Below, piece by piece: positions 44,337 through 54,724 of a stretch of 64,000 nucleotides of DNA (the stretch's first letter is position 1; each line of letters starts with the position of its first letter). The notes under the pieces are model-generated. The model was not told the DNA's origin. It worked only from the letters and a program-made list of their open reading frames with translations, and ran no database searches. Origin of the DNA: an uncultured Methanosarcinaceae archaeon (GTDB lineage: Archaea > Halobacteriota > Methanosarcinia > Methanosarcinales > Methanosarcinaceae); the NCBI GenBank assembly GCA_963727895.1, contig CAVSHT010000004.1, forward strand, positions 256,001 to 320,000. Direction: 5' to 3'. Made by a program: the position numbers and the translations under genes.

Positions 44337-45076
44337 GGCATTGTTACTTAACTATATCTAGTTCTTTATTTCTGTATTTCATCAATAGAATAACCGAGTA
44401 CTTTAGCATTTCAAGACTTTTTGTATAACACTTTGTCTTTCTTCTTAATCTTGCTAGAAAATGCCTCAATATGCTGTTATATCCTTCAACTGTAAATGTT
44501 TCTGCTTTGGATTGAGTATGACTCTTTTCTGGAATAAACTCTGCATATGCTCTCCAGTGATCTGTCAGCATTTCTCCAATTTATTTTTTCTTCAATTTTT
44601 CCCAGAGTAGTTTTCCAGTTTCTGTTTTTCTGCTACCAAAAGAGCAGTTGATGAACTTTTTCCCAACTCTATCAACAGCAATCCAGATCCAGCAATATTT
44701 TTTTTGTTACCAATGTAAGTGTTCATTTCATCCATTTCAACAATAGATATCTCATTTTCACTTTTTAGATCCTCTAACTCCTGACCAAATTTCGTTATCC
44801 ATTTTTGGACAGAAACATGACTCACCCCTAAAACTCTTCCTATTGAGCGAAAGCCCAATCCTTCAAGATAGAGTTGTAAAGCCTGTTTTTTGACATAAGT
44901 GGAAAAAGCAGTTGATTTTAGCTCTACTGTATAGTTATATCCATAATCATGGCATTTGTAGCGTTGACGCCCACCAACTATACCATTCTTTTTGTGACTG
45001 GAACTATTGCATCTGGGGCAGTTAATGAAGAAATAGAGGTTCTCATAATAAATAACTATAGTTAATTAGCAAAGCC
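44337..45076 (-). mobile_element. IS1-family element (740 bp) with 8-bp target duplication TTTCTCTT
   Basis: TSD at 44329-44336 and 45077-45084; ATT in place of ATG. Confidence 0.95.
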
Positions 45077-45567
45077 TTTCTCTTTATTCATAAATTCTGC
45101 AGGGTATGTTAGCGCCACTGCAACTTTGATATTCATATCATAAATATTTACAATTCATTTCATGCTCAAAAGTTCTATTCATTATTGTAACTATATAACT
45201 TATAACAATGATTTTGAGTTTTAGGATCAGCTTATAAAAGAATATTCTTGCTTTTTATATATTATTATGCAGAAAAACTTTGGTAAGAATTGGAGAGTAT
45301 TTTTACTTTAGTAATCTTTATTTAGGTTTATTTTATAGATCAAGGGGTTTCTAATTAATTACAAAATTAATTCAAAATTATATAAATCAGTATTATATAT
45401 ATTTTAAAACGGTTAAGATATATTGTAGAAAAGGTTTTATTCCAATTTGTGTCAATTTCAAGTCAAATTCTCAATTAGCCCAAATTTTATGAGCATAAAT
45501 AGGTCTTAAAAACTCTTGGTTTACAACTTTACAGATACAATGAGACATTGTTAGGAGAAAACGGTAA

Positions 45568-46509
45568 ATGCCCGATAAACTAGATCTCTCAATCATAATT
45601 CCGGTTTGTAATGAAGGAGAGAACGTAGGGGAACTATATAATCAATTGCGTTTAATTCTTTCTAGACTGGGTAAAACTTCGGAAGTTATTTTTATAGATG
45701 ATGGATCAATTGATGATACTTTTACGAAATTAAAAGCAATCAAAGATAGCAGAGTTAAAATTGTGCGGTTTCAGAGGAACTATGGAAAATCTGCGGCTCT
45801 CTCCTGTGGGTTTAAAAAATCAAGGGGAAAACTTGTTATTACAATGGATGGAGATCTGCAGGACGATCCTAAAGAAATTCCCAATTTTCTAGAGAAATTA
45901 AACGAATATGATATGGTTTCCGGCTGGAAGATTAACAGACAGGATCCTGTTTCAAAGACTATTCCCTCAAAATTCTTCAATGCATTGACCCGACATATCA
46001 CAGGAGTCAACATTCATGACTTCAATTGTGGATTTAAAGGATATAAAAATTATGTTGTAAAAAACTTAAGATTATATGGAGAGTTCCATCGCTATATTCC
46101 AGCTTTAGCTCACTGGAGAGGTTATAGTGTAGGAGAAATTGAAGTAGAACACCATCCTAGAATACATGGAAAATCAAAATATGGAATTGAAAGACTTTTT
46201 AAAGGTTTTCTGGATCTAATTACAGTCACATTTTTAAATCTGTACAAGAAAAGGCCTCTTCACATATTTGGAGGTATTGGCTTCTTGCTAATATTCATAG
46301 CAATAATTATAAATCTGTACATGGTCTTTATCTGGTTCCAGGGCATCAAAATTGGATCCAGGCCGCTCCTTCTGTTAGGAATACTACTTATGGTTGTTGG
46401 AGCTCAGTTTATTTCCCTTGGTTTAATAGGAGAAATGATCGCAAACTCGAGAAATAACGATGATTATATTATAAAGTACGATACTTATGAATTGGAAAAC
46501 GGCATTTAA
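45568..46509 (+). CDS. GT2 polyprenyl/dolichol-phosphate glycosyltransferase (ArnC/GtrB-like)
   Basis: IDDGS.D, RNYGKSAAL, TMDGDLQDDP, HDFNCGFK and HRYIP motifs; two C-terminal membrane helices. Confidence 0.92.
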   Translation: MPDKLDLSIIIPVCNEGENVGELYNQLRLILSRLGKTSEVIFIDDGSIDDTFTKLKAIKDSRVKIVRFQRNYGKSAALSCGFKKSRGKLVITMDGDLQDDPKEIPNFLEKLNEYDMVSGWKINRQDPVSKTIPSKFFNALTRHITGVNIHDFNCGFKGYKNYVVKNLRLYGEFHRYIPALAHWRGYSVGEIEVEHHPRIHGKSKYGIERLFKGFLDLITVTFLNLYKKRPLHIFGGIGFLLIFIAIIINLYMVFIWFQGIKIGSRPLLLLGILLMVVGAQFISLGLIGEMIANSRNNDDYIIKYDTYELENGI

Positions 46510-47380
46510 AATCGTAGTTACTTCAGGTTTAATGATTTACCTTATAGTTAAACTTGACCTGAAGACAATTTACGAAACATTTACTCAGATGAATCTGGGA
46601 TTACTTTCTCTATCATTACCTTTTATTGTTTTGATGTACCTGCTCAAAGCGAGGAAATGGCAGACTTTACTTGACTGTATAGATGTCAAAATCCCAGTAA
46701 AACGGTCACTAGAAATAATCTTAATAGGTAACTTTTATGGTTCTCTTACTCCGGGAAGAGCGGGAGAAGTTTCAAGAGCTTTTTATTTAGATGCTGAAAG
46801 CTCCAGAAGTATACCAACTGTAGTAATGGACAGAGTTATAGATATGATCTGTCTTCTAATTTTAAGTATATTATCTATAGTTTTCTTTTTCAAAGACAAA
46901 AATTTAATCTATATTATGGCACCGATGACAATGATTTTTATAGCTGGAATAGTTGTCATCACAAATGAAAAAATTGTCAATCTTATTTTTGGAATATTTT
47001 CTAAAAATACTGGATTCAAAGAAAATTATATTAAAACAATAAACGAAATTACTGGAAATAAAAAAGCAGTTTTTTCTGTATTTGTGCTAACCCTTGGATA
47101 TTACTTGCTGAACTTACTTGTGTACTGGATAGTAATAAAATCTTTAAATCCATCATTAAATAGCTTACTTACTTTTTCTCTTCCAATAGTAGTAGTTTTG
47201 GGTAATTTTCCAATATCTATATCAGGGTTTGGGGTTCGAGAATTTGTAAGCGTTACAATATTTAAGTTATTGAATGAAAGTTCTGCATATGGTTTTTCCT
47301 GCTCTGTAATTCTATATTTCATAACTACATTATTACCAGCAGTATTTGGATTCCTGCTCACTTTAAGGAAAAAATCTTAA
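46487..47380 (+). CDS. UPF0104/LPG-synthase TM-domain flippase-like protein
   Basis: KARKW, TPGRAGEVSRA, DRVID and PISISGFGVRE motifs; overlaps the GT2 gene. Confidence 0.88.
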   Translation: MNWKTAFKIVVTSGLMIYLIVKLDLKTIYETFTQMNLGLLSLSLPFIVLMYLLKARKWQTLLDCIDVKIPVKRSLEIILIGNFYGSLTPGRAGEVSRAFYLDAESSRSIPTVVMDRVIDMICLLILSILSIVFFFKDKNLIYIMAPMTMIFIAGIVVITNEKIVNLIFGIFSKNTGFKENYIKTINEITGNKKAVFSVFVLTLGYYLLNLLVYWIVIKSLNPSLNSLLTFSLPIVVVLGNFPISISGFGVREFVSVTIFKLLNESSAYGFSCSVILYFITTLLPAVFGFLLTLRKKS

Positions 47381-47549
47381 AACTCAATGATTCAGGTAAA
47401 ATTTCAATGAAAGTGTATAAAAAGATAAAATATAATGTTTAGAATAGTCAAATACAAAAATGAGATAACACTCAAAACGAAATGACAAAAAATTTAGATA
47501 ACTTTGGGATTAAAAACAAAAAACATGCGTTTTAAACAGGAGGGGTTAG

Positions 47550-48137
47550 ATGAACCAGAACAAGAGTAGAAATTACAAAAAATACAATTCAAAAAATCCG
47601 CTTATGGGCATAGTGATAAATAATTTTATTAAAAATTTGAATGAAACTGTAGCTCCTTTAAAAAATATAAATGACGTCATTGATATAGGCTGTGGAGAAG
47701 GATTTGTTATAAATTCTCTGGATTTCCCAAAAATAACAGGCGTTGATATTTCAAGAAATGCTTTAAGAATTGCAAAGGAAAAAAATCCAGAATGTAATTT
47801 TTGTTCAGGAAGTATATATGACATTTCCTTTAAAGAAAACAGTTTTGATCTTGTTATAGCAACAGAAGTACTGGAACACCTCGAAAAACCAGAATTAGCC
47901 CTTCAGGAAATCAAAAGAATCTCTAAAAATTACTGTATTATTAGCGTGCCTAATGAACCTTATTTCTGTGCAATGAACTTTTTGCAAGGTAAAAATTTTA
48001 CACGTTTTGGGAATGATCTTGAACACGTTCAAAAATGGAGTTCAGAAAAATTCGTGCATTTCGTAGAAACTTACTTCGAAGTTTTAGAAGTTCGAAAGCC
48101 ATTTCCCTGGACAATGGTGCTATGTAAAAATAACTAA
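47550..48137 (+). CDS. Class I SAM-dependent methyltransferase
   Basis: VIDIGCGEG, FDLVIATEVLEHL and ISVPNE motifs. Confidence 0.92.
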   Translation: MNQNKSRNYKKYNSKNPLMGIVINNFIKNLNETVAPLKNINDVIDIGCGEGFVINSLDFPKITGVDISRNALRIAKEKNPECNFCSGSIYDISFKENSFDLVIATEVLEHLEKPELALQEIKRISKNYCIISVPNEPYFCAMNFLQGKNFTRFGNDLEHVQKWSSEKFVHFVETYFEVLEVRKPFPWTMVLCKNN

Positions 48138-48181
48138 TCAACTAACCAATTAACTAACCAATTAACTAACCAATTAACTAA
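48131..48181. repeat. 12-bp tandem repeat, about 3.5 units
   Basis: AACTAACCAATT repeated directly after the methyltransferase stop. Confidence 0.8.
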
Positions 48182-48358
48182 ATAAATGAATAAACCAAAT
48201 GTCTCGGTAAAAATCTTCTAAAACAACTGATCTCAATTAACTTGATCTAAATGGCCGAATATTTATGTTTAATTAAGTTTCATGAGACTTTTTTAGATAG
48301 ATTTGCTACAAAGCCAACAAAATTACTTTAAGATATAAAAGTAAAAAATGTTCTGGAA

Positions 48359-50599
48359 TTGGGAGACAATTTCATGGAAATTGAAAAAACGCCTGGCCTG
48401 GCAAAGAAAATAATTAATAAAAATAATAATAAGGTTAATACCCATAAATACTTTAATAATCTACGGGAATATTCTTTAGTGGGAATAGCATATACCTTTT
48501 TGACAGCTATTCTTACCTATCCTGTTTTATTTAAGATAAAAACAGATATTCCTGGAACGGCTGCTGATTCTTTTCAGTGGATGAGAATCTTATGGTACAC
48601 AAAAGTGGCAATACAGAATCCAAATTTAACTTCTTTAACACATGACAATCTACTTTTTTATCCAAATGGTATCGACTCAACACCATTTTCATCAGCATTT
48701 AATCAAATACTATATGTATTAATGTCTCCCTTTTTAGAGCTACACGTTATATACACACTATTATGGCTCTTAACTTTTATAATAGGAGCTATTGGTTCGT
48801 ATCTACTGGTAAAATATCTTACAGATAATAAATATGCTGCCTTTATTGCAGGAATTATATTTGCATTTTCTCCATATCACTTTTCCAGAGGACTCTATTT
48901 TTTTGGAGCAGCAAATGTTGAATGGTTTCCTTTTTGTACGCTGTTTCTTATGAAAACAGTTAAAGAAGGAGGAACAAAAAACTCTGTCCTTGCAGGAATA
49001 TTTTTCATTCTAGTAGCAATGAGTGATCTTCAATATATGCTATTTATGGGGATCTTTACAGGATTTGTATTTTTATATGATTTTTTCATAAATATCAAGT
49101 TTAAAAATAACTTTATTTATTCTTTGAAAGAAATTATCAAAAAATATGTCATTTTTGGCGTGGTTAGTTTTCTTGGAATCCTGCCTTTAACAATAAACGA
49201 AATATCTATTGCACTTTCAAAGGAAAACTTCTTAAAGCCTAATGTTAACGATATTCCAAAATTATCAAACGATGTGATGAGTTTTTTCCTTCCTTCGAAT
49301 TTGCATCCGTTGCTTGGTCAATTTACATCAAACTTATATTCAAATCTTCCAAGCTGGCCTGCTGAAAGAGTAAATTATATTGGATATATTGTTCTGGTTC
49401 TTTCAGCCTTTGCATTTCTTAAATCAAGGAGAAAACCCGACATAAAGTTCTGGTTGATATCTACAGCTTTCTTTACAATAGTTAGTCTAGGACCCATAGT
49501 ACATTTTAACGGTGGATCTACTTTTACTGATTTAAATCTGAAGATACAACTTCCATATCAACTGTTTTCTGATACAATTCCATTTCTGAAGAATTGCAGA
49601 ACAGTTGGTAGATTTTTTGTTCTCGCTACACTTGGATACGCTGTGTTAGGAGGATATGGTTTTTCGGAATTACTTAAGTATAAACCCGACCGAAAAAAGC
49701 TTCTCTTTTCCATAGTAGGAGTTCTTTTAATTTTTGAATACTTGTGTATTCCATACCCAACTTCGCAGGTAAATGTTCCTGAATTTTACAATACAATTAG
49801 CAATGACACTGATAACTATGCTTTGCTTGAAATTCCTCAAAACGCTAACGCAGGGTATATGACTTTTGAGTATTTATACTATCAGACAGTCCATAATAAA
49901 TCTCTTGTAGGTGGATATGCAGCAAGATATCCAGCCAATGTTAGTGATTTCCAAACTCAAACTCCATTTATTAAAGAACTACAACATTATTCCTTAGGAA
50001 CTCAGGACATTTTACAGCAGGATGTAACTGAAATAGGTACTTCGGCCTTAAATGCCAATAATATAAGATACGTTATTATCCATAAGGATCAGTTGTCTAA
50101 TGAACAGCTAAGCTTTTTAACTGATTTACTGGCCCGGACATTGAAAACTGAACCAGAAACATATGATAAAGATCAGCTAATTGTGTATCGTGTTCCTAAT
50201 GAAACAATTCGTCCGTTTATGCTTTTAGGTGATAGATGGAATCAGTTGGAGAATTGGGATGGCACAGCGACAAGATGGATATCGAACAATGCTACGCTGT
50301 TAATTTATTCAGGTGTTGCTGAAAATGCAACATTAAAACTCAAAGCATGCAGCTTCAATTCTCCAAGAACACTGGAGGTGTATAATGGAAACATTCTCCA
50401 AAGTAAACAGAGTATCAACACTAATTTAAACACAGTAAGTATTCCCGTCACCTTAAATAATGGGAAGAATATTATTCTTTTAAATGTACCTGAAGGTACA
50501 GAAAGACCATGTGACTTCCAAGAACTAAATAATAATGATACACGGAGATTGAGTATAGCAATTCAGGATGTTCAGTTGATTAATTCAACTGGAATTTAA
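48359..50599 (+). CDS. Polytopic membrane protein, GT-C/YfhO-like glycosyltransferase
   Basis: More than ten membrane helices; LFYPNG, AGIIFAFSPYH, R...RF, YYQTVHNKSLVGGY and IRYVIIH motifs; soluble C-terminal beta domain; start may be ATG 48374. Confidence 0.75.
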   Translation: MGDNFMEIEKTPGLAKKIINKNNNKVNTHKYFNNLREYSLVGIAYTFLTAILTYPVLFKIKTDIPGTAADSFQWMRILWYTKVAIQNPNLTSLTHDNLLFYPNGIDSTPFSSAFNQILYVLMSPFLELHVIYTLLWLLTFIIGAIGSYLLVKYLTDNKYAAFIAGIIFAFSPYHFSRGLYFFGAANVEWFPFCTLFLMKTVKEGGTKNSVLAGIFFILVAMSDLQYMLFMGIFTGFVFLYDFFINIKFKNNFIYSLKEIIKKYVIFGVVSFLGILPLTINEISIALSKENFLKPNVNDIPKLSNDVMSFFLPSNLHPLLGQFTSNLYSNLPSWPAERVNYIGYIVLVLSAFAFLKSRRKPDIKFWLISTAFFTIVSLGPIVHFNGGSTFTDLNLKIQLPYQLFSDTIPFLKNCRTVGRFFVLATLGYAVLGGYGFSELLKYKPDRKKLLFSIVGVLLIFEYLCIPYPTSQVNVPEFYNTISNDTDNYALLEIPQNANAGYMTFEYLYYQTVHNKSLVGGYAARYPANVSDFQTQTPFIKELQHYSLGTQDILQQDVTEIGTSALNANNIRYVIIHKDQLSNEQLSFLTDLLARTLKTEPETYDKDQLIVYRVPNETIRPFMLLGDRWNQLENWDGTATRWISNNATLLIYSGVAENATLKLKACSFNSPRTLEVYNGNILQSKQSINTNLNTVSIPVTLNNGKNIILLNVPEGTERPCDFQELNNNDTRRLSIAIQDVQLINSTGI

Positions 50600-50681
50600 T
50601 AAATTAAAAATAGTTTCAAGCCTCAATATAATTCATGAAGTGGGAAAACCATAATTCTTTCCCTTATTCATATAAAAATTT

Positions 50682-51421
50682 GGCTTTGCTAATTAACTAT
50701 AGTTATTTATTATGAGAACCTCTATTTCTTCATTAACTGCCCCAGATGCAATAGTTCCAGTCACAAAAAGAATGGTATAGTTGGTGGGCGTCAACGCTAC
50801 AAATGCCATGATTGTGGATATAACTATACAGTAGAGCTAAAATCAACTGCTTTTTTCACTTATGTCAAAAAACAGGCTTTACAACTTTACTTTGAAGGAT
50901 TGGGCTTTCGCTCAATAGAAAGAGTTTTAGGGGTAAGTCATGTTTCTGTCCAAAAATGGATCAAGAAATTTGGTCAAGAGTAAGAGAACCTAAAAAGTGA
51001 AAGTGAGATATCTATTGTTGAAATGGATAAAATGCACACTCACATCGGTAACAAAAAAAATATTGCTGGATCTGGATTGCTGTTGATAGAATTGGGAAAA
51101 AGTTCATCAACTGCTCTTTTGGTAGCAGAGGAACGAAAACTGGAAAACTACTCTGGGAAAAATTGAAGAAAAAAGACATTGGAGAAGTGATGATAGATCA
51201 CTGGAGAGCATATGCAGAGTTTATTCCAGAAAAGATCCATACTCAATCAAAAGCAGAAACATTTACAGTTGAGGGATATAACAGCATATTGAGGTATTTT
51301 CTGGCAAGGTTGAGAAGAAAGACAAAGTGTTATACGAAGAGTCTTGAAATGCTAAAGTACTCGGTTATTCTATTGATGAAATACAGAAATAAAGAACTAG
51401 ATATAGTTAAGTAACAATGCC
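50682..51421 (+). mobile_element. IS1-family element (740 bp) with 8-bp target duplication AAAAATTT
   Basis: TSD at 50674-50681 and 51422-51429; ATT start and premature TAA. Confidence 0.95.
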
Positions 51422-51502
51422 AAAAATTTTAAAAAACGCCTGTAAATTTCTTTTATAGTTTATGTATTATGAGATCTACTTTATTTTTTAGATGTATTTT
51501 TA

Positions 51503-52054
51503 TTAATCAGGTTTTGTTACAAAGACCATAGCTGCTACAACCGTTGTCCATTTTCCATCCTTATCGCCGTTTGCGGTCTGACAAATATGGAATGTATCAA
51601 AAATGTGCCCGCTTGCTTTATACACCTGTTCTCTCTCATGCCATGCCATCTCAGCATCAAACTCTATTCCCAGAGTAGTTGCAAGCATTGTTGCTGCCAG
51701 GTCTTCAGCATATTCTCCTGCGGGAATTTCTTCTTCTCCAAAAGAGTGATGTTCAGAAATATAACCGTAGTTTTCTTCATTTACAGGAACCGCAGTTCCG
51801 ATAGCTGAAGCTATTAACCGATGGGGCTCATTAGTCTCATTCCTTGCAAGTACACAATGGACAATGGCACCAGGTTTTAACTCGCTGACTCCTTCTTCTC
51901 TGGGTACTATTTTGCAATTCGGGGGCAGAATACTTGAAACACTTACAAGATTATATTTCTCAATTCTTGCATCCCTTAGTGCAAGTTCAAAGGATGCTAA
52001 TCTGTCTTTGTGTACCCCGGTACCCTTTGTCAAAAATGCTTTTCTTGGGATCAT
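51503..52054 (-). CDS. pdaD: Pyruvoyl-dependent arginine decarboxylase
   Basis: SFELALRDA and YNLVSVSSILPP (self-cleavage SS) motifs; GYISEH. Confidence 0.93.
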   Translation of the reverse strand: MIPRKAFLTKGTGVHKDRLASFELALRDARIEKYNLVSVSSILPPNCKIVPREEGVSELKPGAIVHCVLARNETNEPHRLIASAIGTAVPVNEENYGYISEHHSFGEEEIPAGEYAEDLAATMLATTLGIEFDAEMAWHEREQVYKASGHIFDTFHICQTANGDKDGKWTTVVAAMVFVTKPD

Positions 52055-52287
52055 GTTAACTCCTTAAGGAAATTATATGTTTACTGTGCGGTTTCCATTG
52101 TATAAGAAACCAATAATATTAAATACAATTAAAATTTTTTGAAGATTTAAGTTAACAGATTGGGCTGGTAGTACTACCTTTTATTTTCCAAACGTACACC
52201 AGAGTTATGAACTTTGTCCTTTTAACTTATAATTTTTAGAGACAGAGTAGCTTCCATAAATTAGAATCCAGAGAATTAGTATTCTCT

Positions 52288-52417
52288 GAGCCTATCCCAA
52301 AAGCTACTTTAGTCTTAATTGTTGGGAATTTTCGAAATTGTTTTCACAATCAAAAGCTTGGTTGAATATATGAAATTGAATGCCTAATAAGCAAATTTTG
52401 AGTTTTAGGATAGGCTC
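52288..52417. mobile_element. 130-bp MITE derived from an IS5-family element
   Basis: TIR GAGCCTATCCCAAAA / TTTTAGGATAGGCTC (14 of 15 match); TCT on both sides; no ORF; TIR matches the IS5 remnant at 11154. Confidence 0.88.
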
Positions 52418-52467
52418 TCTGTTAATTCATCAAATTTTTAATCATATTTACTCTTTATAAAGTTTCT

Positions 52468-54432
52468 TTATAGACATTCCTCATAGACATCAGAATTTGC
52501 AATCCCTTCAAATATGAATTTGGTTTCTATTGGAACTTCACTATCATGGGTTTTTATGTCTTTCTTTTTTACACTAACTGTAACCTGTTCAGGACAAAGT
52601 TCAGACTCAGCCATATAATCAAGAATTAACTTTCTCCCAAACTCATCGGCAAATTCTAAGGCTTCATTTCTTATCACAAAATGCCTTCTTCCGAGAGGAG
52701 TGTATACAAAAATGCCCTTCGTTTTAAGGTCATACTTAGACTCACTATAAAGTGTCCGCACAGTTATCTCAATACGTTTTGTTCCTTTTCCTGCAAGAGC
52801 TCCTACCGCATTTCCAACATATGAGTACTCAGGAACAAGAATCTCGGCATCTATCAACGTATTCAGTTCGTCCACATAAGCCTGTACAGGGCCTCCAAGA
52901 AGGACAACAGGGATATCTACTTTAAAACGAGAGAAGAGGCTACCTTCAATCATTTTCTGGATTTCGCTTCTATCAACTCCTTCCATCAGAAAAGCAATCA
53001 GATCTCTTGCCATGTTTCTGGCAAAGAGGTGTTTAACTCTTAAACAGAACTCATGTCTGTCAATCCCCATGAAGTTTGCAAGCAGAGTAGCACCAATTTC
53101 TGAGGCTTCTGTATCCCATTCAGTATATTCTTCAAGCACATGCAGGGCATCCGTAGGGGTAAAACCGATTGCCTGAACGAGCCTTTTTTGGATCAGAGAA
53201 TCCATTACTTTTTTTGGAGGCAAGATGTTTCGATCCCAGTAAACATCTTTGAGAGAACAAGGGTCGTTTCTTATAAGTGCAAGGAGCTCTTTTTCTTCCA
53301 TGTTCAAGTTAACAGGTTCCTGCTCTGTTCGGACAAAGAATTTTGTTGCCTGAATATGTTCGTTCAATTTGAGCCTGTCTGGAATCCAGCGTTTTTTCAG
53401 AGTGTTCATGAAATCAGGATACAGGACTGCGGCTCTGCAAAGCGGTATGACTCTTTTTGGACCTATATTTATATTTCCACTCTGAACCCAGATATGACTG
53501 TCCCCTCCCATTGCTGAAGTTTCCATGCGCAGTGCTCTGACTTTGGTCTGCCAGCCGCCAACAACTGTTCCTGCCTCACTGAGATGAGGAAGCCCTTTAT
53601 AGATAAGGGATACATCCGTACTTGTCCCTCCAACGTCAATTACAGTGCAAGTATCGCACCTGGATAGGTAAGAAGCCCCCAGAAGACTTGCTGCAGGGCC
53701 TGAAAAGACCGATTCAATAGGTTTTTTCATGGCTTCATGCATACTTACAACTGACCCGTCACAGCGAAGCATTGCAATTCTTGAGTTGAGTCCTCTCCTT
53801 TCGATTTCACTTGCTACTGTCTTTATGAAACCTTCTGCAACAGGCAGGAGCTGAGCATTGAGATAGGCAGTAACTCCTCTTTCATAAGCTCCGAGGGACT
53901 GAGCAAGTTCATGCCCGCAGACAACAGGCAGCCCTGTAAGTTCCTGGATCAGGGTCTTTACACGCAGCTCATGCTCAGGGTTTCGTACGCTGAAATAAGA
54001 AGAGACTGCAAAAGCCGAGACCTTGTCTTTTATTCCAACTACGAAATTTTCTACGGCTTGCAGGTCAAGAACCGCTACTTCTTCACCGTTACTGTCATGT
54101 CCTCCCTGCACCATGATCCAGTTTTCAATTTCAGAGTCCTCAGGGATATCATAATTTCCAATAAGGATCAAACCTACAGGATATCCTGTTTTTTCAAGAA
54201 TAGTATTGGTGGCAAGGGTGGTTGAAACCGAAACTACAGTTACCAGTTTTAACATTTCTGGGTCAAGTCCATCAATTGATTTCTTTATTCCTTCAAGAGG
54301 ATCAGGATACGTTGTCAGCGCTTTGTTTGAGCATATCACTTTTCCATCTGATTTTCGAATTAAAACCGAATCAGTATAAGTTCCACCTGCATCAATACCC
54401 AGTTCATATACCATTTTTGAATTGTATGCCAT
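52468..54432 (-). CDS. Hydantoinase/oxoprolinase family protein
   Basis: LGIDAGGTYTD, STTLATN, SGPAAS, DVGGTSTD, GGDS and TPTDALHV motifs. Confidence 0.92.
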   Translation of the reverse strand: MAYNSKMVYELGIDAGGTYTDSVLIRKSDGKVICSNKALTTYPDPLEGIKKSIDGLDPEMLKLVTVVSVSTTLATNTILEKTGYPVGLILIGNYDIPEDSEIENWIMVQGGHDSNGEEVAVLDLQAVENFVVGIKDKVSAFAVSSYFSVRNPEHELRVKTLIQELTGLPVVCGHELAQSLGAYERGVTAYLNAQLLPVAEGFIKTVASEIERRGLNSRIAMLRCDGSVVSMHEAMKKPIESVFSGPAASLLGASYLSRCDTCTVIDVGGTSTDVSLIYKGLPHLSEAGTVVGGWQTKVRALRMETSAMGGDSHIWVQSGNINIGPKRVIPLCRAAVLYPDFMNTLKKRWIPDRLKLNEHIQATKFFVRTEQEPVNLNMEEKELLALIRNDPCSLKDVYWDRNILPPKKVMDSLIQKRLVQAIGFTPTDALHVLEEYTEWDTEASEIGATLLANFMGIDRHEFCLRVKHLFARNMARDLIAFLMEGVDRSEIQKMIEGSLFSRFKVDIPVVLLGGPVQAYVDELNTLIDAEILVPEYSYVGNAVGALAGKGTKRIEITVRTLYSESKYDLKTKGIFVYTPLGRRHFVIRNEALEFADEFGRKLILDYMAESELCPEQVTVSVKKKDIKTHDSEVPIETKFIFEGIANSDVYEECL

Positions 54433-54724
54433 TTTAATATCTCCATTTTTATATTTCCAGTTTTTTGTCTGCTTTTCCCTTGTTATTTGAAACTTGTTTC
54501 GTTTATGCCATTTTATTAGATGCCGATATTTTGCTTATTTAATTCAGGAGAATAAGTCATTAAGTTATCTAAAAACCTATTTTCCGAATCATAAATCTAT
54601 AATTTCTCAAATAAACAATTGTTCAGGGAAAGGCACGAAATTAAAGAATGAATACTGAATTTAGTAATTATATTATTTGCACTATTGGGGGAAATATAAA
54701 TGTTCCGGAAGGTTTTTCCGGAAC

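Noticed and set aside
44337..51421. Composite transposon that delivered the glycosylation genes
   Set aside because: Each IS1 has its own 8-bp TSD and the outer flanks differ, so the insertions were independent.
54702..54723. TTCCGGAA-N5-TTCCGGAA palindromic repeat after the hydantoinase stop
   Set aside because: A single short instance, at most a 3' hairpin; no supporting pattern.
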